Counted from the stretch's first letter, positions 1-12,999 are shown. The stretch: DNA of 64,000 nucleotides from Octopus sinensis (GCF_006345805.1 NW_021832598.1:1-64000), one strand, 5' to 3'. The notes: a model not told the origin generated them from the sequence alone. A program made the numbers and translations.

Positions 1-150
1 CACCTCGAGATCTTCTTTCTCCTATGTTTCCGACGAAGAGCTCCGCTCGAACGTCATACCCTCCTTCTTCCTTTTTTCCTGAGCGCCTAATAATACTTTA
101 ATTGTTCCACCTCCTTGCGTTGTTGTCTTTTTTGTTTTCTGTTTGGATTA

Positions 151-198
<48 letters not shown>

Positions 199-550
199 AT
201 ATTATATATGAAAAAGTGACAATGAACGCAACTATGTAGCAGGATGCTGGTGATAATCCACCTCTAGCAAGTGTGCTTCGATGCTGTGTGCTACTGCAAG
301 AACGCCTTCATTATTTGCGCGTTGCAATCACGCTTTCTTCGTGGTATTGGCTGGAATATTTGTCATAGTCAACAGCATTAAAAATACTGAATATATATGT
401 AACGCTTAAGATGCTATGTAAGGTGTTTTTAATATCATATGTTATTTTTCTTAATAAAAGACTGGCTTAAGTTTTAAGTGTCATTAAACATTCAGTAATT
501 TGTATTTTAACACGTGCAATGCCTAATATATAAATTGTGTATAATTCATG

Positions 551-790
551 TGTGGAGGCGCGTGGCTTAGTGGTTAGAGTATTGAACTCATTATCGTAAG
601 GTTGTGGTCTTGATTCCTGGACCGGGCGATGCGTTGTGTTCTTGAGCAAAACACTTCATTTTCACGTTACTCCAGCTGGTAAAAATGAGTAAACCTGCGA
701 CTGACCGGTCCTGTCTAGGTGGGGAATTTCTACGTTACTGAAACCGGGAAACCGGCCCTTATGAGCCTGGTATGACTCAAGAAGGAACAT
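551..790 (+). mobile_element. tRNA-derived SINE (octopus family, 'tgtggaggcgcgtggcttagtggttagag' head)
   Basis: tRNA-like A/B-box head; same head and body recur inverted at about 11420-11730, 18710-18925, 26295-26545 and 55600-56020. Confidence 0.75.
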
Positions 791-795
791 TTTTG

Positions 796-1110
796 GAGGT
801 ACAATGGCCCAGGGGTTAGGGCAGCGGACTCTCTGTGGGAGGATCACGGTTTCGATTCCCAGACCGGGAGTTGTGTGTGTTTATTGAGCGAAAACACCTA
901 AAGCTCCATGAGGCTCCGGCAGGGGGTGGCGGCGAACCCTGTTGTACTCTTTCGCCCCAACTTTCTCTCACCCTTTCTTCCAGTTTCTTGAGTAACGCTG
1001 CGATGGAATGGCGTCCCGTCCAGCTGGGCGGAACATATACGCCACAGAAACCGGGAAACGGGGCCCATGAGCCTAGCTAGGCTTTAAAAGTGTGCATAAA
1101 TAAATAATAA
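796..1110 (+). mobile_element. tRNA-derived SINE (second family, 'tggaggcgcaatggcccagtggttagggcagcggactc' head)
   Basis: tRNA-like head with ggttcgattccc B-box and (TAAA)-type tail; homologous minus-strand copies at 19097-19388, 21900-22226, 45656-45962 and 51760-52127. Confidence 0.75.
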
Positions 1111-1189
1111 TCCATGTAGTGTCATGTAATAACTGATTTAAAATATATACTATTTTATTATATTAACTGTAATTGTTTATAGTATCTTT

Positions 1190-1590
1190 TACCTTCTACT
1201 TGTTTCAGCCATTACACTACGGCCATCCTGGGGCACCACATTGAAGAAGTTTTTAGTTGAATGAATCAACCCCAGCACTTATGATTTTTTAAGTCTGGTA
1301 TTTATTGTATCGGTCTCTTTGGCTGAATTGCTAGGTTACGGGGACGTAAACACACCAAAACCACTTGTGAAGCAGCAGTGGGAGACAAATACAGATACAA
1401 AGACGCGCGCGCGCGCACACGCACACAAATATATCAATATATACGTCGGGCTTCTTTCAGTTTCCGTCTACCAAATCCATTTACAAGCCTTCGTTCACCC
1501 CGAAGTTATAGCAGTAGACCATTGCTGAAGGTACTACGCAGTGTGACTGAACCCGGAACCATGAGGTACGAAACCACGCCTGCATTTACA
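1190..1590 (-). mobile_element. Composite tRNA-headed SINE with CORE-like 'ccttgggcaagt' segment and internal CA/TA repeat
   Basis: Homologous copies at about 20110-20585, 25750-26225, 27820-28100 (+), 42505-42665 and 50900-51275; this copy is degenerate. Confidence 0.65.
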
Positions 1591-2624
1591 TAAATAAATT
1601 GTGACTTTTTTCAACTAACTTTTTCTCAAGTTAATTTTGCGGCTATTTTTCTGTTACTTTTTATCCAATGACACCGGTAGATTTGCTAAAAATCACGATA
1701 GATCTAGTATCTCTATATTTATCATTAATGCTATATCTTCTTGGACATTGCTGGTAGCAAATGAAGTTATTGATTCAGATATTACTGATATGTCTGGAGT
1801 TTGAGACAGCTTGTCTTTTTCAGGACAGATTCAGGCAACTAAAATTCGCAATGCTTTTTGAATAGTGGCTTATCGAGGTGGATTGTTGTTCAATGTAGAG
1901 ACATAATTCAACAGTACATGTATTGGCAAGTACCACAAGAGCTGATGATTGATGGGCTGTTCTTATCCCTTCATGGGCTTTCTGTTGATGCTGTTGTTCT
2001 TCATATGGTTGTTGTTGTGGTTGTTGTTGTTGTTGCTGTTGTTGTTGTTGTTGCTGTTGTTGTTGTCGTGGTAACTTGTTATACCTACTGTAGCCATGTG
2101 AAGCTGCACGTTGATGAAGGATTCTACCAGAAGCGACACTTTCTACTTCAATTACCAGCACATGTATTCACATAAAACAACACTAGTATTTGAGATACAA
2201 TAAGCGGTGTATATTGAAGATTTTATTTCCATATCGAGGAGAAAAAAACTAGCTGACACTCAGTCAAATATGAGGTCCCTATGCGTCCACTCGATTAGCA
2301 AGAAATAACAATCAACTCTCTCTTATATGACTGCCCACCTACAATATATACATATATGTGTGTGTGTGTGTGTGTGTAAATATTATTCATAGGTATTCCA
2401 ACTCAGTCTGTTTTTTTATGTTTTATTTATATTCTTTATAATATTAATGTAGAATAAATAGTATAAATAGTATATATAGTAGTATAATGAAATGAAGTAT
2501 TGTCTTATTGAATATATGAAATTCTGAATATCAAATATTAAGGGACTAGTATACTTTCTTGTATTTAAGCAGTCTTCAAGGTCCCAGGTTTTCACAGGAA
2601 TGTTTCAATATACATATATTACTC

Positions 2625-2655
<31 letters not shown>

Positions 2656-3539
2656 ATATATTACTCAAAGAAATCCCATCTTATAATAATATAACATAAT
2701 AAAATATAATGAGATGATAAAATATTAGATGTCCAGTTTGATTGAACTGGTACTTTCATGCATTAAACTATGGAATCTTCAGGTTTCTGTAGTAGTGGTG
2801 ACAGTTATGTTTTGCAATTTACAACTGTGGTGAGATGACACAACAACAACAACAGCAACAACAACAGACACAATAACAACAATATGAAGAACAACAGCGT
2901 CAACAGAAAGCCCATGAAGGCATAAGAACAGCCTATACATTTGTAGAGGTTCCAGAAATCTAATTTTTGCAAACTCTATACTGACCAATTAGTATGTGGC
3001 TGTACTAAATTACTTAAGTTGATTGGTGTTTGGTTCAGGCGTCACGGTTTGACCCTGGCCAAAGCAGTAAATGATGGGCTAGTTTTAGAAATACTGTAAA
3101 CAACATTTCCCAGGGATTTTTACATTTCAATTATCATCACCATTATTATCTCCCTTATTATTGTTGTCGTCGTTGTTGTTGTTTTTGTTCTTGGTGGTGG
3201 TGGTGGTAGAAGTAGCTCTGATAATAGAACTTTAAACCCCAAAATAAAGATTATTTTTACTGACTTCTCTCTTGACTTAGCTAGTATTTTCCTGCTTCCG
3301 TCATCATGAGCACCTTTAGGATTGCTGTTGTTGTTAGTGGTATGGGTCGTAGCAATAAAAATAGTACCTTTGAGTATTACTATTATTATTTATTTAGCTT
3401 AGGTTGGAATATAGTCATAAAGTTCTTTTCTCTGATTTTTCTCTCAATTTCACTTAGACTGTGTAGTTTGTACACAGGCCGCAGTCAAAAGACTGAAACA
3501 AGCAAAAGAATAAAAGAATATATATGTGTTGAGGGGTGA

Positions 3540-3597
<58 letters not shown>

Positions 3598-4083
3598 TAG
3601 ATTGCCCTTTTCTCTTTTTCTGGCCCAAAAGAAATTTCCCAAGTTATTTAAATTCCCGTGTTATTCAATGTTTTCGACTCAAATCCTAGATATACTCTCA
3701 ATTATTCTAAAGCTGTAATTGACTGGCATTTGTTAAAACTGACTTATGCACAATATTTTGATTATTTAGTATTGCTATGTCAATCATTGAGGACAGTTGT
3801 TATTTTTATCATGGAAACGATATCAGAACTGAAACATATTTCCTATGATGCCTTATACGTAATGGATATATACTGAAATTTGGGCTAACCGGCTTAATAC
3901 AATGCCTCCAAAAATGGTGCCTTAAAAAGAAAAGTGAAGAAATAAAACTCTTCAAAAAAGGAAAATATTATAAACACATTGTCTGTATTTATAACGAACC
4001 AGTACTCAGCATGTTTGTTATTGAGGTTCCATGACAAAAGATATGGATAGATAGAAATAAAAGTAGGTAGGTAGGTAGGTAGG

Positions 4084-4186
<103 letters not shown>

Positions 4187-4189
4187 TAC

Positions 4190-4972
4190 CATAAATAAGC
4201 AGAAGAACCAGTACGTAAAAACACTAAGGCCAGCTGACCTCAATCTAAGACCAATAGTTGCTGGATTTCAAGCACCAACACAACTAAGTCATTCTTAGAT
4301 ATACTCCTGAAACTTTTGTACCCTTTAATACCCAATTATGTACGGGATGGCATAGATTTCATCCAACACATCGCTCACATTGTCGCAGAAGGTACTATAC
4401 TCCCAAGTTGTGATGTCACCTATCTCTATACTAATATACCATCCACTTTAGGCCTAGAAGCAATCAAATACTGGAAAGCGAAACATAGAGGACGGGTAAA
4501 TGAACACTTCAAGACTGACTTCATCACAAAGGCCACACGCCTAGTACTAGAAGAAAATACCTTTAGATTCGACAATAAAATATATCGACAGGAAAGGGGC
4601 ACGGCTATGGGTACGTGTTCACCCTCAAATGCAAACTTAGTTATAGGACACTTGGAAGAAAAACTTTATGGGGAAGGTGAAAAAAACTTTTGGTCAGGAG
4701 TACTAGAAATATATCATTAAAAACTGGAAACGCTCCCTTGATGATTGCTTCATGTTCTGGGACAGATCGAATGAAGTTCTAAGTATATTTAACAGCATAC
4801 TGAAATCACTTCACCCACCCATCAAATTCACGACAGAATCCAGTTGCAATGAACTACCATTCTTAGATATCCACATCAAAATACAGAACTCCACAGCCAC
4901 AACAGATATATTTTACAAAAAGACTGACACACACTAATATTTAAATTTCTACTCTTGCCATCCATCACACAT
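4190..4972 (+). mobile_element. Penelope-like element reverse transcriptase, 5'-truncated and frameshifted
   Basis: Translates to LRPIVAG, CDVTYLYTNIP, GTAMG, WKRSLDDCF, HPPIKFTTE, LPFLDI and TDTH..YLNFYSCHPSH, which are PLE-type RT motifs. Confidence 0.85.
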
Positions 4973-5675
4973 CAATGGAATTTACCATGTTGCGCCAGAC
5001 TTCACGGTCCATCATAGCATTACGGAGGTCCTGTTGCTGGATGCCTGTATCCCTGGAGATTACATCAGGGTAGGAGAGTGTGCGCCCTCTGGCGTTGCGA
5101 GTAGATGGCTTCCAGAGGAGAAGAGTAGAAATTACTTCTTTTTCAGCTCTACAACAATGTCCAGCAAACTGGACTCTCCTACCCTTCACAAGAGATGACA
5201 CAGGTGGTAATTTCCCATATATTTGCATTTTAGTTGGATGGCGCCTCCACGAGAGATTTTGAGCTCTCATAAGGAGGCGAGTGTAGGTTCAATCCAACCG
5301 CCTCTCAAGCTTCTTTGATAACGTCCAGGTTTCTGAGCCATATAGTAGGATTGGTTCGACTGTGGCTTTGAATATTTCAAGTTTGAAGTCTCTACTTAGA
5401 TTTGATGACCAGATCTTATGCATGTCATTACAGGCTGACCAGGTCATACCCTTTCTAGTTAGAAAGTCTTTTCCAGATGATGATATGTATGACCCAAGAT
5501 ATTTATAATCAGAAACCATATTTAAAGGTGCACTGTTGAGAGTGTGGATGATGCAATCACTGTTGGACAGGCACTTGTTTATGTATTCAGTTTTGGTCTC
5601 ATTAAGGTAAAGACCTACACAATTTGAGGCTTGTTCAAGAGATTGTAAAAGAGACTGGGCATTGGAGAGAGAATC
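4973..5675 (-). mobile_element. RTE-clade LINE, 3' part of ORF (post-FADD RT and C-terminal region), inverted relative to its 5' part
   Basis: SLSNAQSLLQSLEQASNCVGLYLNETKTEY, YKYLGS, PILLYGSETWTL, FAGHC and RNAMMDREVWR; ORFs 5289..5759 and 4965..5270. Confidence 0.85.
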
Positions 5676-8517
5676 TCTACTATGGACAGCCTTCAGCAGA
5701 GGCTGACGTGTTTTCGCTCGCTGCTCCGACCTGTCAGCGGCCAAAGACACAAAAGACACAGAAACACAAATACAACCCAGCAGGACTACTAATAAACAAC
5801 TGTAACTACTGGAAGATCTACTATTTTCTGTGAGTAATTTGAATTTCCCTCAAATAAGTTAAAGACTTACAAACCTACAGTTTGGGACAAAATTTTAGAA
5901 ACATAAATATTTCCATCTTTTGTGTGAACATTTTGTAAAAATGCCTTTATTGTAACAACACAATTAAATGCACGCTAAAATTATGGACGTAAATACCTGC
6001 TAACCTTTATTTTCTTCTTGACTACCCGAAATATGCGAACATACCTTTTATTGTAATCGCAGAAATAAAACATGTGGAGAATGTGTGTAGTAGTGGCGCG
6101 CGCACACATTATTAGCCATTTGAAAAGACTATGGAATTTACAATTAACTGCACCAGGGTTCCTCTTCCCCAGGGAACCAGACCTAATGGTATACCTGCGG
6201 ATGTAGGTCCAGCCCCTGCTTTGCCGGGTCCTGTCTCTGATCATGTTGCACCTCCAAGGGCATCCATTGACGGTGATGCCCTCAATCTTAACAGACGGGT
6301 ATCACCTGATGGAGAAGAGTCAGCCCCCAACCAAACAACACCAAAAAAACACTCATCAGCTGTAAAAATCATACGATACTCAGCACTCTCAATGCCCGCA
6401 CCCTCGGCTCTCTTGGCCGTCTAGAAGAACTTGGTGCAAATGCAGAATCACATGGCATTGATATAATAGCTGTCCAAGAACACCGATTTTACCACCCTGA
6501 CAACATCCTCAATACCATCAAGTCGGTTCTTATCAACTTGTAACCTCCTCAGCATCAAAGAATACTGTTAATTCAACAGTTGGAGGTATCGGATTTCTAC
6601 TTTCATCAAAGGCTAGTGATACTCTCTTGAGTATAGAGTCAATCTCACCTAGAATTATGGTGCTTGAGATAGATGGAAACCCCAAACACATTGGTATGTG
6701 TTATAGCCCACACAATTCGTCTGTGGCAGACGAAATTGAAAATTTCTATACAACCCTTCGTTCAACCATTGAGCAAGTACCTCTCCATAATTTTCTGGTT
6801 ATAGCTGGTGATCTGAATGCTAGACTAGGACCCGATGAGACCAAGTTTACTTTCAACTCTAAAACCATCGGAACGGAGAAATGCTCAAAGACTTCTTGGA
6901 GGAATTTAATCTCTACACCTCCAACAATTCTTTTATGAAACCAAAAGGTCAACTTTGGACATTTGAGTCCCCACTTGGTGATAGGGCACAAATTGACTAC
7001 CTCATCTTTCGAAAGAAATGGCGCAATAGTGTTAAGGACTCGAGATCCTACTCTTCCTTTAGTTCTGTCGGCTCTGACCACAGAATTGTATCAGCTACCG
7101 TTAAGCTTAGTCTTCGCTCATCCAAAAAAACTAAGCCTCACCCGATCAAAATGATCGACTGGGAGGAGTCTTATCTAACCCCGATATGTCCAAACAATTT
7201 ACTATTGAGGTCTATAACAATTTCAATCTCTGTCTACTTCTGAAATAGATGCTGAGAACATTGAGGAAGTATACAGCAGCCTCATCAAATCAACAGAGGA
7301 AGTTGCACTGGCTACTCTTCCCAAAAGGAAGAGTAGGGGCCAGAGCAAACCTTCTAATTCCCCAAATGTCATCGAAGCCAGAAACCATCTAAAGTCTATA
7401 TCACTAGCTTACCACCGTTCTCCATCCCAGTCACTGAAGATCCAACTCATAGCTGCCAGGAAGAATCTTGATGAGGCTTACTTGAACGCCGAGGTCGAAT
7501 TTATCAATGGCAAAATTAGTAAACTATCGAAAGAGCACATTAGTAAAAAACACCATCTCGCCTGGAAATCCATCAAAGACCTATCAGGCAAAAATTCTGG
7601 GTCATCAATTAGAATTAAAGGGGGATCAGCTAAGAAACGTTTAGAAAATTGGTCAACCCATTTTAAAAACCTCCTTGGGAAGAATGCCAAAATCCCTGAT
7701 AACCCCACTCTCCCAAGTGTGCCTATATCAGACACGCTGGACATCAACACCTCCCCTTTTACCATATTTGAACTAACAGCAGCCACCAAGCAACTAAAAG
7801 CCTCGAAAGCATTTGGTCCCGACAACATTCCGGCTGTGATTTGGAAGGATGATAGATTTCACACACTTTGCTTAACCTCTGCAACCACACACTTTCCACT
7901 TTGTCGCTCCAAAGATTTGGCACCAGTCTCAAATCATTCCAATACCCAAAAAAGGCGATTTGTCCCTCGTCACCAACTACAGGGGCATATCTCTAATGTC
8001 AATTGCTGCAAAACTGTACAACAAACTGATCCTAAATCGTCTTGTCCTTTTTGTTGAAACTTTGCTCCGAAAGAACCAAAATGGATTCAGACATGGGCGC
8101 TCAACGCTGAGCCAGATACTATGCCTGCGCAGACTTATTGAGGAATCAAAAGCATTTAATCGCGATCTTGCAATGGTATTTGTAGACTTTTCTAAAGCGT
8201 TCGATTCTGTAGATAGGTGCAAGATGTTTGAAATCCTTAAGCTCTATGGGATACCAGACAAAATTATTTCTGCCATCAAGGTCCTCTACACAGATACGTC
8301 TTCAACCATCTTAACCCCTGATGGAGAAACATCATCTTTCTCGATCGAGGCCGGAATACTGCAGGGAGACACACTCGCCCCATTTCTTTTCATCATTGTT
8401 GTTGATTATGTGCTACGTATGTCAGTTGATACCATCTCTGGCAAGGGCTTTGAAATAAAACCAAGAAGAAGTTCCAGACACCCAGCTGAGTACTTGACAG
8501 ACACTGACTTTGCTGAC
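5676..8517 (+). mobile_element. RTE-clade LINE, 5' UTR + APE endonuclease + N-terminal RT, broken by frameshifts and ending at FAD(D)
   Basis: STLNARTL, IIAVQEHR, GDLNARLG, QIDYLI and SDHRIV (APE); NYRGISL, QNGFR, FVDFSKAFDSV, GILQGDTLAP and DFAD (RT). Confidence 0.9.
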
Positions 8518-8778
8518 AGCCTCATATACTGCATTACCTACACAAACCGCAAAGAAAATTACATTGGCGAAATAAGTAATTCCCCCTGCCACCGTGCAAG
8601 TGTCCACAGGCAACATATCCGACAAGAGGAATTACTCATGATTCCATTAAGTAAGCATTTGGAAATACGCAGCGATGAAAAATTCAAAATTTTCCCTTTT
8701 ACAAATGTGCACGGGACGATCCGCAATACCGAAAAGCAATGGAGTTACATTTCATCAAAATATTCTCTCCAAAATTGA
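8518..8778 (+). mobile_element. Penelope-like element GIY-YIG endonuclease
   Basis: LIYCIT...NYIGE, HRQHIR, PLSKHL and FKIFPF; ends at TGA 8776-8778; read in frame with the upstream LINE RT. Confidence 0.75.
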
Positions 8779-9375
8779 ATGTTTGAAAGCAAAAAGCGGA
8801 GACAGTAATTTTCCATTCTAAATATAGCACAAAGGGGAGAAAAAAGAAAGAAAGAGGGGAAAAAGAAGGAAAGGGGAAGAGAGAAAGAAAGCAAAGATAT
8901 TCAGTGATGACTATACCGCGCCTGTTTTTTTCTCTTGAAGAGGTCACCATCCTTCAACCCATTCCAATACGAGGGTAAATGGCTAAATAAATAAATAAAT
9001 AAATAAATGGTGAATAGGAAGGGGGATACCTTTTCTCTCTCCCTCTCCCTCTGACTATCTATCTAACTACCTACCTATATTTCTATCTATCCATCTCCAT
9101 TGTCATGGAACCTCACCCAAAAAACAAAAACAATGTTCTCTTGTAAAGAAAACCGCCAAAACAGAGTGAGGTCTGCAAGACTTATCAAGGCGCACAGAAC
9201 AACAGAAATGAACATGCATTAGCGTTTTTGATTTGTGATGTTTTGTTGAACAGCTGTTATTAGGTAGGGGATAGATCTAGCTATCAGCTACAGATAAGAC
9301 CATAATGATGATCGACCTCTTTCTAGAACCGTGAGGACAAGAAATTCTCTTCAAGTAGTGACATGTAGGCACATC

Positions 9376-9468
<93 letters not shown>

Positions 9469-9573
9469 GTCTGTCTGTTTATCTATCTATATCTATATCT
9501 ATATATATGCACACCTCACTCTCTACTTCGGATCTAATCTAAATTAACTATTGCTTAACCATCTTCTCACACC

Positions 9574-9621
9574 GTCTCCGATGAAGGGGTATAATAGATA
9601 TCCTAGAAACAGCTGTAAGAC
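9574..9621 (+). ncRNA. Type I hammerhead ribozyme-like motif in PLE 3' region
   Basis: GTCT-CCGATGA-A[GGGGTAT aatag ATATCCT]A-GAAAC-AGCT-GTA-AGAC; 4-bp stem I, palindromic stem III (ACAGCTGT), U4C core variant. Confidence 0.6.
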
Positions 9622-9689
9622 CTTCTATTTATAAATCTTTTAAATCTACACAGTCTTAGTTTTTTATTTCATTACGGAAAATTTTTTTC

Positions 9690-9747
<58 letters not shown>

Positions 9748-9871
9748 ATATATATATATATATATGTGTGTATATATATATATGTATGTATGTATGTATA
9801 TATATATACATATATATGTATATGTATATACATGTATATATATACATATATATATATACATATATATATAC

Positions 9872-9937
<66 letters not shown>

Positions 9938-10541
9938 TATATGTATATATATATACATACATACGCATAAAAGTGTGCGTACATGCATGTGTGTGCATAC
10001 GTATGGGAGTGTGTGCGTGCATGTATGTGTGTATCAATGATGGACTCACAGGTCGATTTCCATCTTCGATATGCAAAGGGGCCTGACTTTGTGGCAAATT
10101 TGCAACGCCACAGAGAACAATAGTAACAGAAAACTGTAGTCATTTGTGAAACATGTTATAGGATAAGTAGGTTGACATTTGATTTCTATGACGCATATAT
10201 TGGGACGTGATCTCTATGAGGCATATATTGGGACATCCATGCAGCTTTGATGACGTTGATAAGAAGAGCACCTAAACATGAATAACAGAAATCAGTATGC
10301 TGTAATAACTTTAATAACTAGAATGCTTTACAAGTGAATTCACGAACAACGACATAGTTTCAACTGTATTAAAATCTCCCACAAACATTATTTAGCATTG
10401 ATAAAAGAAAGACAAAGTTTCAGAACTCTCCAAGCAAGAATATGATGCTAGGTTTTATCGTTTGAACAGCCAAGATATTACTTCGCACATTCAATACAAT
10501 TTCACTAGATTTCTCCCATAAAATCATAATTAATTCTAATA

Positions 10542-10706
10542 TTAGCAGTCCGTTTCGTTGCGGCTTTTCAAGTATGATAAAACTTTTGGGTTTGCAGCAA
10601 CCTGTTGTCTCAGGTTTCGAAGTTTCGGGAAATCATTTAGTAAAGATGGATTTTCTATTAGCGGATTCTCCAAGGCAGAGTAACACATTAAATCACAGAG
10701 TTTGAT
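10542..10706 (-). CDS. S-crystallin/GST-sigma gene B, coding exon 5 (last): IKLCDLMCYSALENPLIENPSLLNDFPKLRNLRQQVAANPKVLSYLKSRNETDC*
   Basis: Acceptor ctctttag at 10707, phase 0, TAA at 10544-10542; matches the S-crystallin C-terminus (DMMCYCALENPL..YPKL). Confidence 0.93.
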   Translation of the reverse strand: MKLCDLMCYSALENPLIENPSLLNDFPKLRNLRQQVAANPKVLSYLKSRNETDC

Positions 10707-11416
10707 CTAAAGAGAAAAAGAGAAAAAAAGACATCATATGAGAGAAAGAGAGAGAGAGAGACAAAGAGAGAGAAACGTGACTAGTATGATTCTCTCTGCG
10801 ACTCTATGACGTATTATTCTATAAATGTGTGTGAGTGCGTGAGTGACAGAGACAGAGAGAGAGAGGGAGGTAGATATAAATATATATACATATATATAAA
10901 TGACAAGATTAATTCACTCTATAGGATTTTCTCATTATGTTTATAAGTGTTTCTAAAAACCTTCATTTATGACTTCTGTATCCACTAATTATATCCTTAG
11001 TCGCTATGTTAGACCTCTTTTGATCTTTATAGAAGCAATACTTGAAACAAAATATGTTTCATAATAGAGCTAAATATTTCGATATCACTCTTCTACGACG
11101 AACACAACGTCAACCAGAGTAACGTTACGAGGAGACTTCAAAGGTCACACACAAACAAACGTTGCACGAAAAATAGTATATGTAGGATATATATGTATTT
11201 TTTTCTCATAAGCCAAATTGATATCATTTATATATGAATGTTTGTAAAAGAGAAGCAATAATCATAAAAAGAAAACTCGTGAGATATGAAAATCACAATT
11301 TGCGTATCTGTAACGAACGAAATATTTCAAAATATTCCATTTCAAATAAGGATACTGAAAGTCAAGACTTAGGTTGTCGAGAATGAACGACATTGAAAAT
11401 CTTGGCATTATAGGAG

Positions 11417-11730
11417 CACTCCGTCGGTTACGACGACGAGGGTCCCAGCTGATACGATCAACGGAAGAGTCTGCTCGTGAAATTAACGTGCAAGTGACTG
11501 AGCAATCCAACAGTCACGAGTACACCTAACGTTGTACTTAGGGAGATTCAGCGTGACACATAGTGCGGCAAGGCCGGTCCTTTGAAATACAGGTACAACT
11601 CATTTTTACCAGCTGAGTGGACTGGAGTAACGTGAAATATATTGTCTTGCTCACGGACACAACGCGTCACCGGGAATCGAACTCCCGACCTTACAGTCGT
11701 GAACCGAATGCTCTAAGCCACGCGCCTTCA
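11417..11730 (-). mobile_element. tRNA-derived SINE with extended 3' tail
   Basis: Head homologous to 551-790; tail 'gttacgacgacgagggt..tgctcgtgaaattaacgtg' shared with 51760-51930. Confidence 0.65.
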
Positions 11731-12152
11731 TTATGAACAGAATATTAGCTACCTATACAAAGCCTGAATTTTAGTGGAGGTAAATAGTAGACTATATCAA
11801 CCTCAGTACACTGCAGGTGCTTATTTTAACAACTTCGAAAGGATGAAAGCAACGTTAACTTCGAGAGTATTTAAACTTAGAACGTATCAAACCTGAAGAA
11901 ATGTCGCTAAGCATTCTGTCCGGCGGGTTAACGTCTTAATTAACATCAGTAATGACAATATTTGCCGCCTGTATTGATTTTTTGAATTCGGATACGAAAC
12001 CTTGTTCAATAATTAAATCTGATATTAATTATTTATTTACATGCTTTCATACTTATGCAGGTTTTTTTTTAATTCCTAAATAACGAATGAAGAAAGAACT
12101 TTAGAAATCTATGCAAAAATGCCTATCAAAGGACGAAGATAACTTCATCCAG

Positions 12153-12204
<52 letters not shown>

Positions 12205-12786
12205 ATATATATATATATTCACACATGTACATGTTCGTGAGATATATTATATATATATATACATGTACACACACATACATATTCATTTACGTATGATGTA
12301 TTTATGTATGATGTATATATGAATTATATGTGTGTGGGAGTTTCTTTGTGTGTTTTATACACACAAATAAAGATGGGTCGTAGGCAAAGTGTCGATAGCA
12401 TTGTTAAAGATTGAAAACCGTTCGTAACACACTTCTCTCCCAACCCTCTTTCTACTACACAGACACAGATACAGACAGACACCTACACACGTGTGTCTAT
12501 TGTATATTGTTCATATGTGAATTAGTATTCCAAAGATCTAATCACATAAATTTATAATTTAGTATTCAAAGTAATTTTGATATTCAAAGCCTTTGCCTGT
12601 CGCCCCAACCCACACCACCACCACCACCACCACCACCACTACTACTACGAAAGTATGTGGGGCAAAGTCATTATACGTAAATAATACTCGTCCATTAAGA
12701 AAAATTACCGCAGACTTCAAAGATATAAGTAGATAATGAAATAAATAACATACAAAGCGGCATATTACGAAACTTTAGTCTCCTAC

Positions 12787-12894
12787 CTTATCTCCCGTAA
12801 AATATTGACCAGAATTTTCTTTTGATTGCAAACAATTTTCCAAATATGGCAGTACTCTGTTGCATGTTTCTAAATAATTCGTTCGGCTTTCAGA
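12787..12894 (-). CDS. Gene B coding exon 4: SESRTNYLETCNRVLPYLENCLQSKENSGQYFTGDK
   Basis: ttttttcgcag acceptor, gtagga donor, 108 nt, phase 0-0; aligns with gene A exon at 42055-42162. Confidence 0.93.
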
Positions 12895-12955
12895 CTGCGA
12901 AAAAAGACAAATAAGAGCACCTTAAAACAACAATAATTTTACCTTATATATATAT

Positions 12956-12999
<44 letters not shown>

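Noticed and set aside
551-625. tRNA genes at SINE heads
   Set aside because: No complete cloverleaf; each continues into a SINE body present in many copies
1820-2161. PolyQ ORF as a protein-coding gene
   Set aside because: Driven by a CAA repeat, with no recognisable domain or splice structure; kept only as the inverted duplication finding
220-3990. A third S-crystallin gene downstream of gene B
   Set aside because: No YF..RGRAE, PQS or ALE.PL-type exon found on either strand by eye
9736-10143. ORFs of YI/IY/CV/HT/LSIY repeats here and throughout (e.g. 26906-27298, 61203-61850)
   Set aside because: Translations of (TA)n, (CA)n and (GATA)n microsatellites that lack stops by composition; not genes
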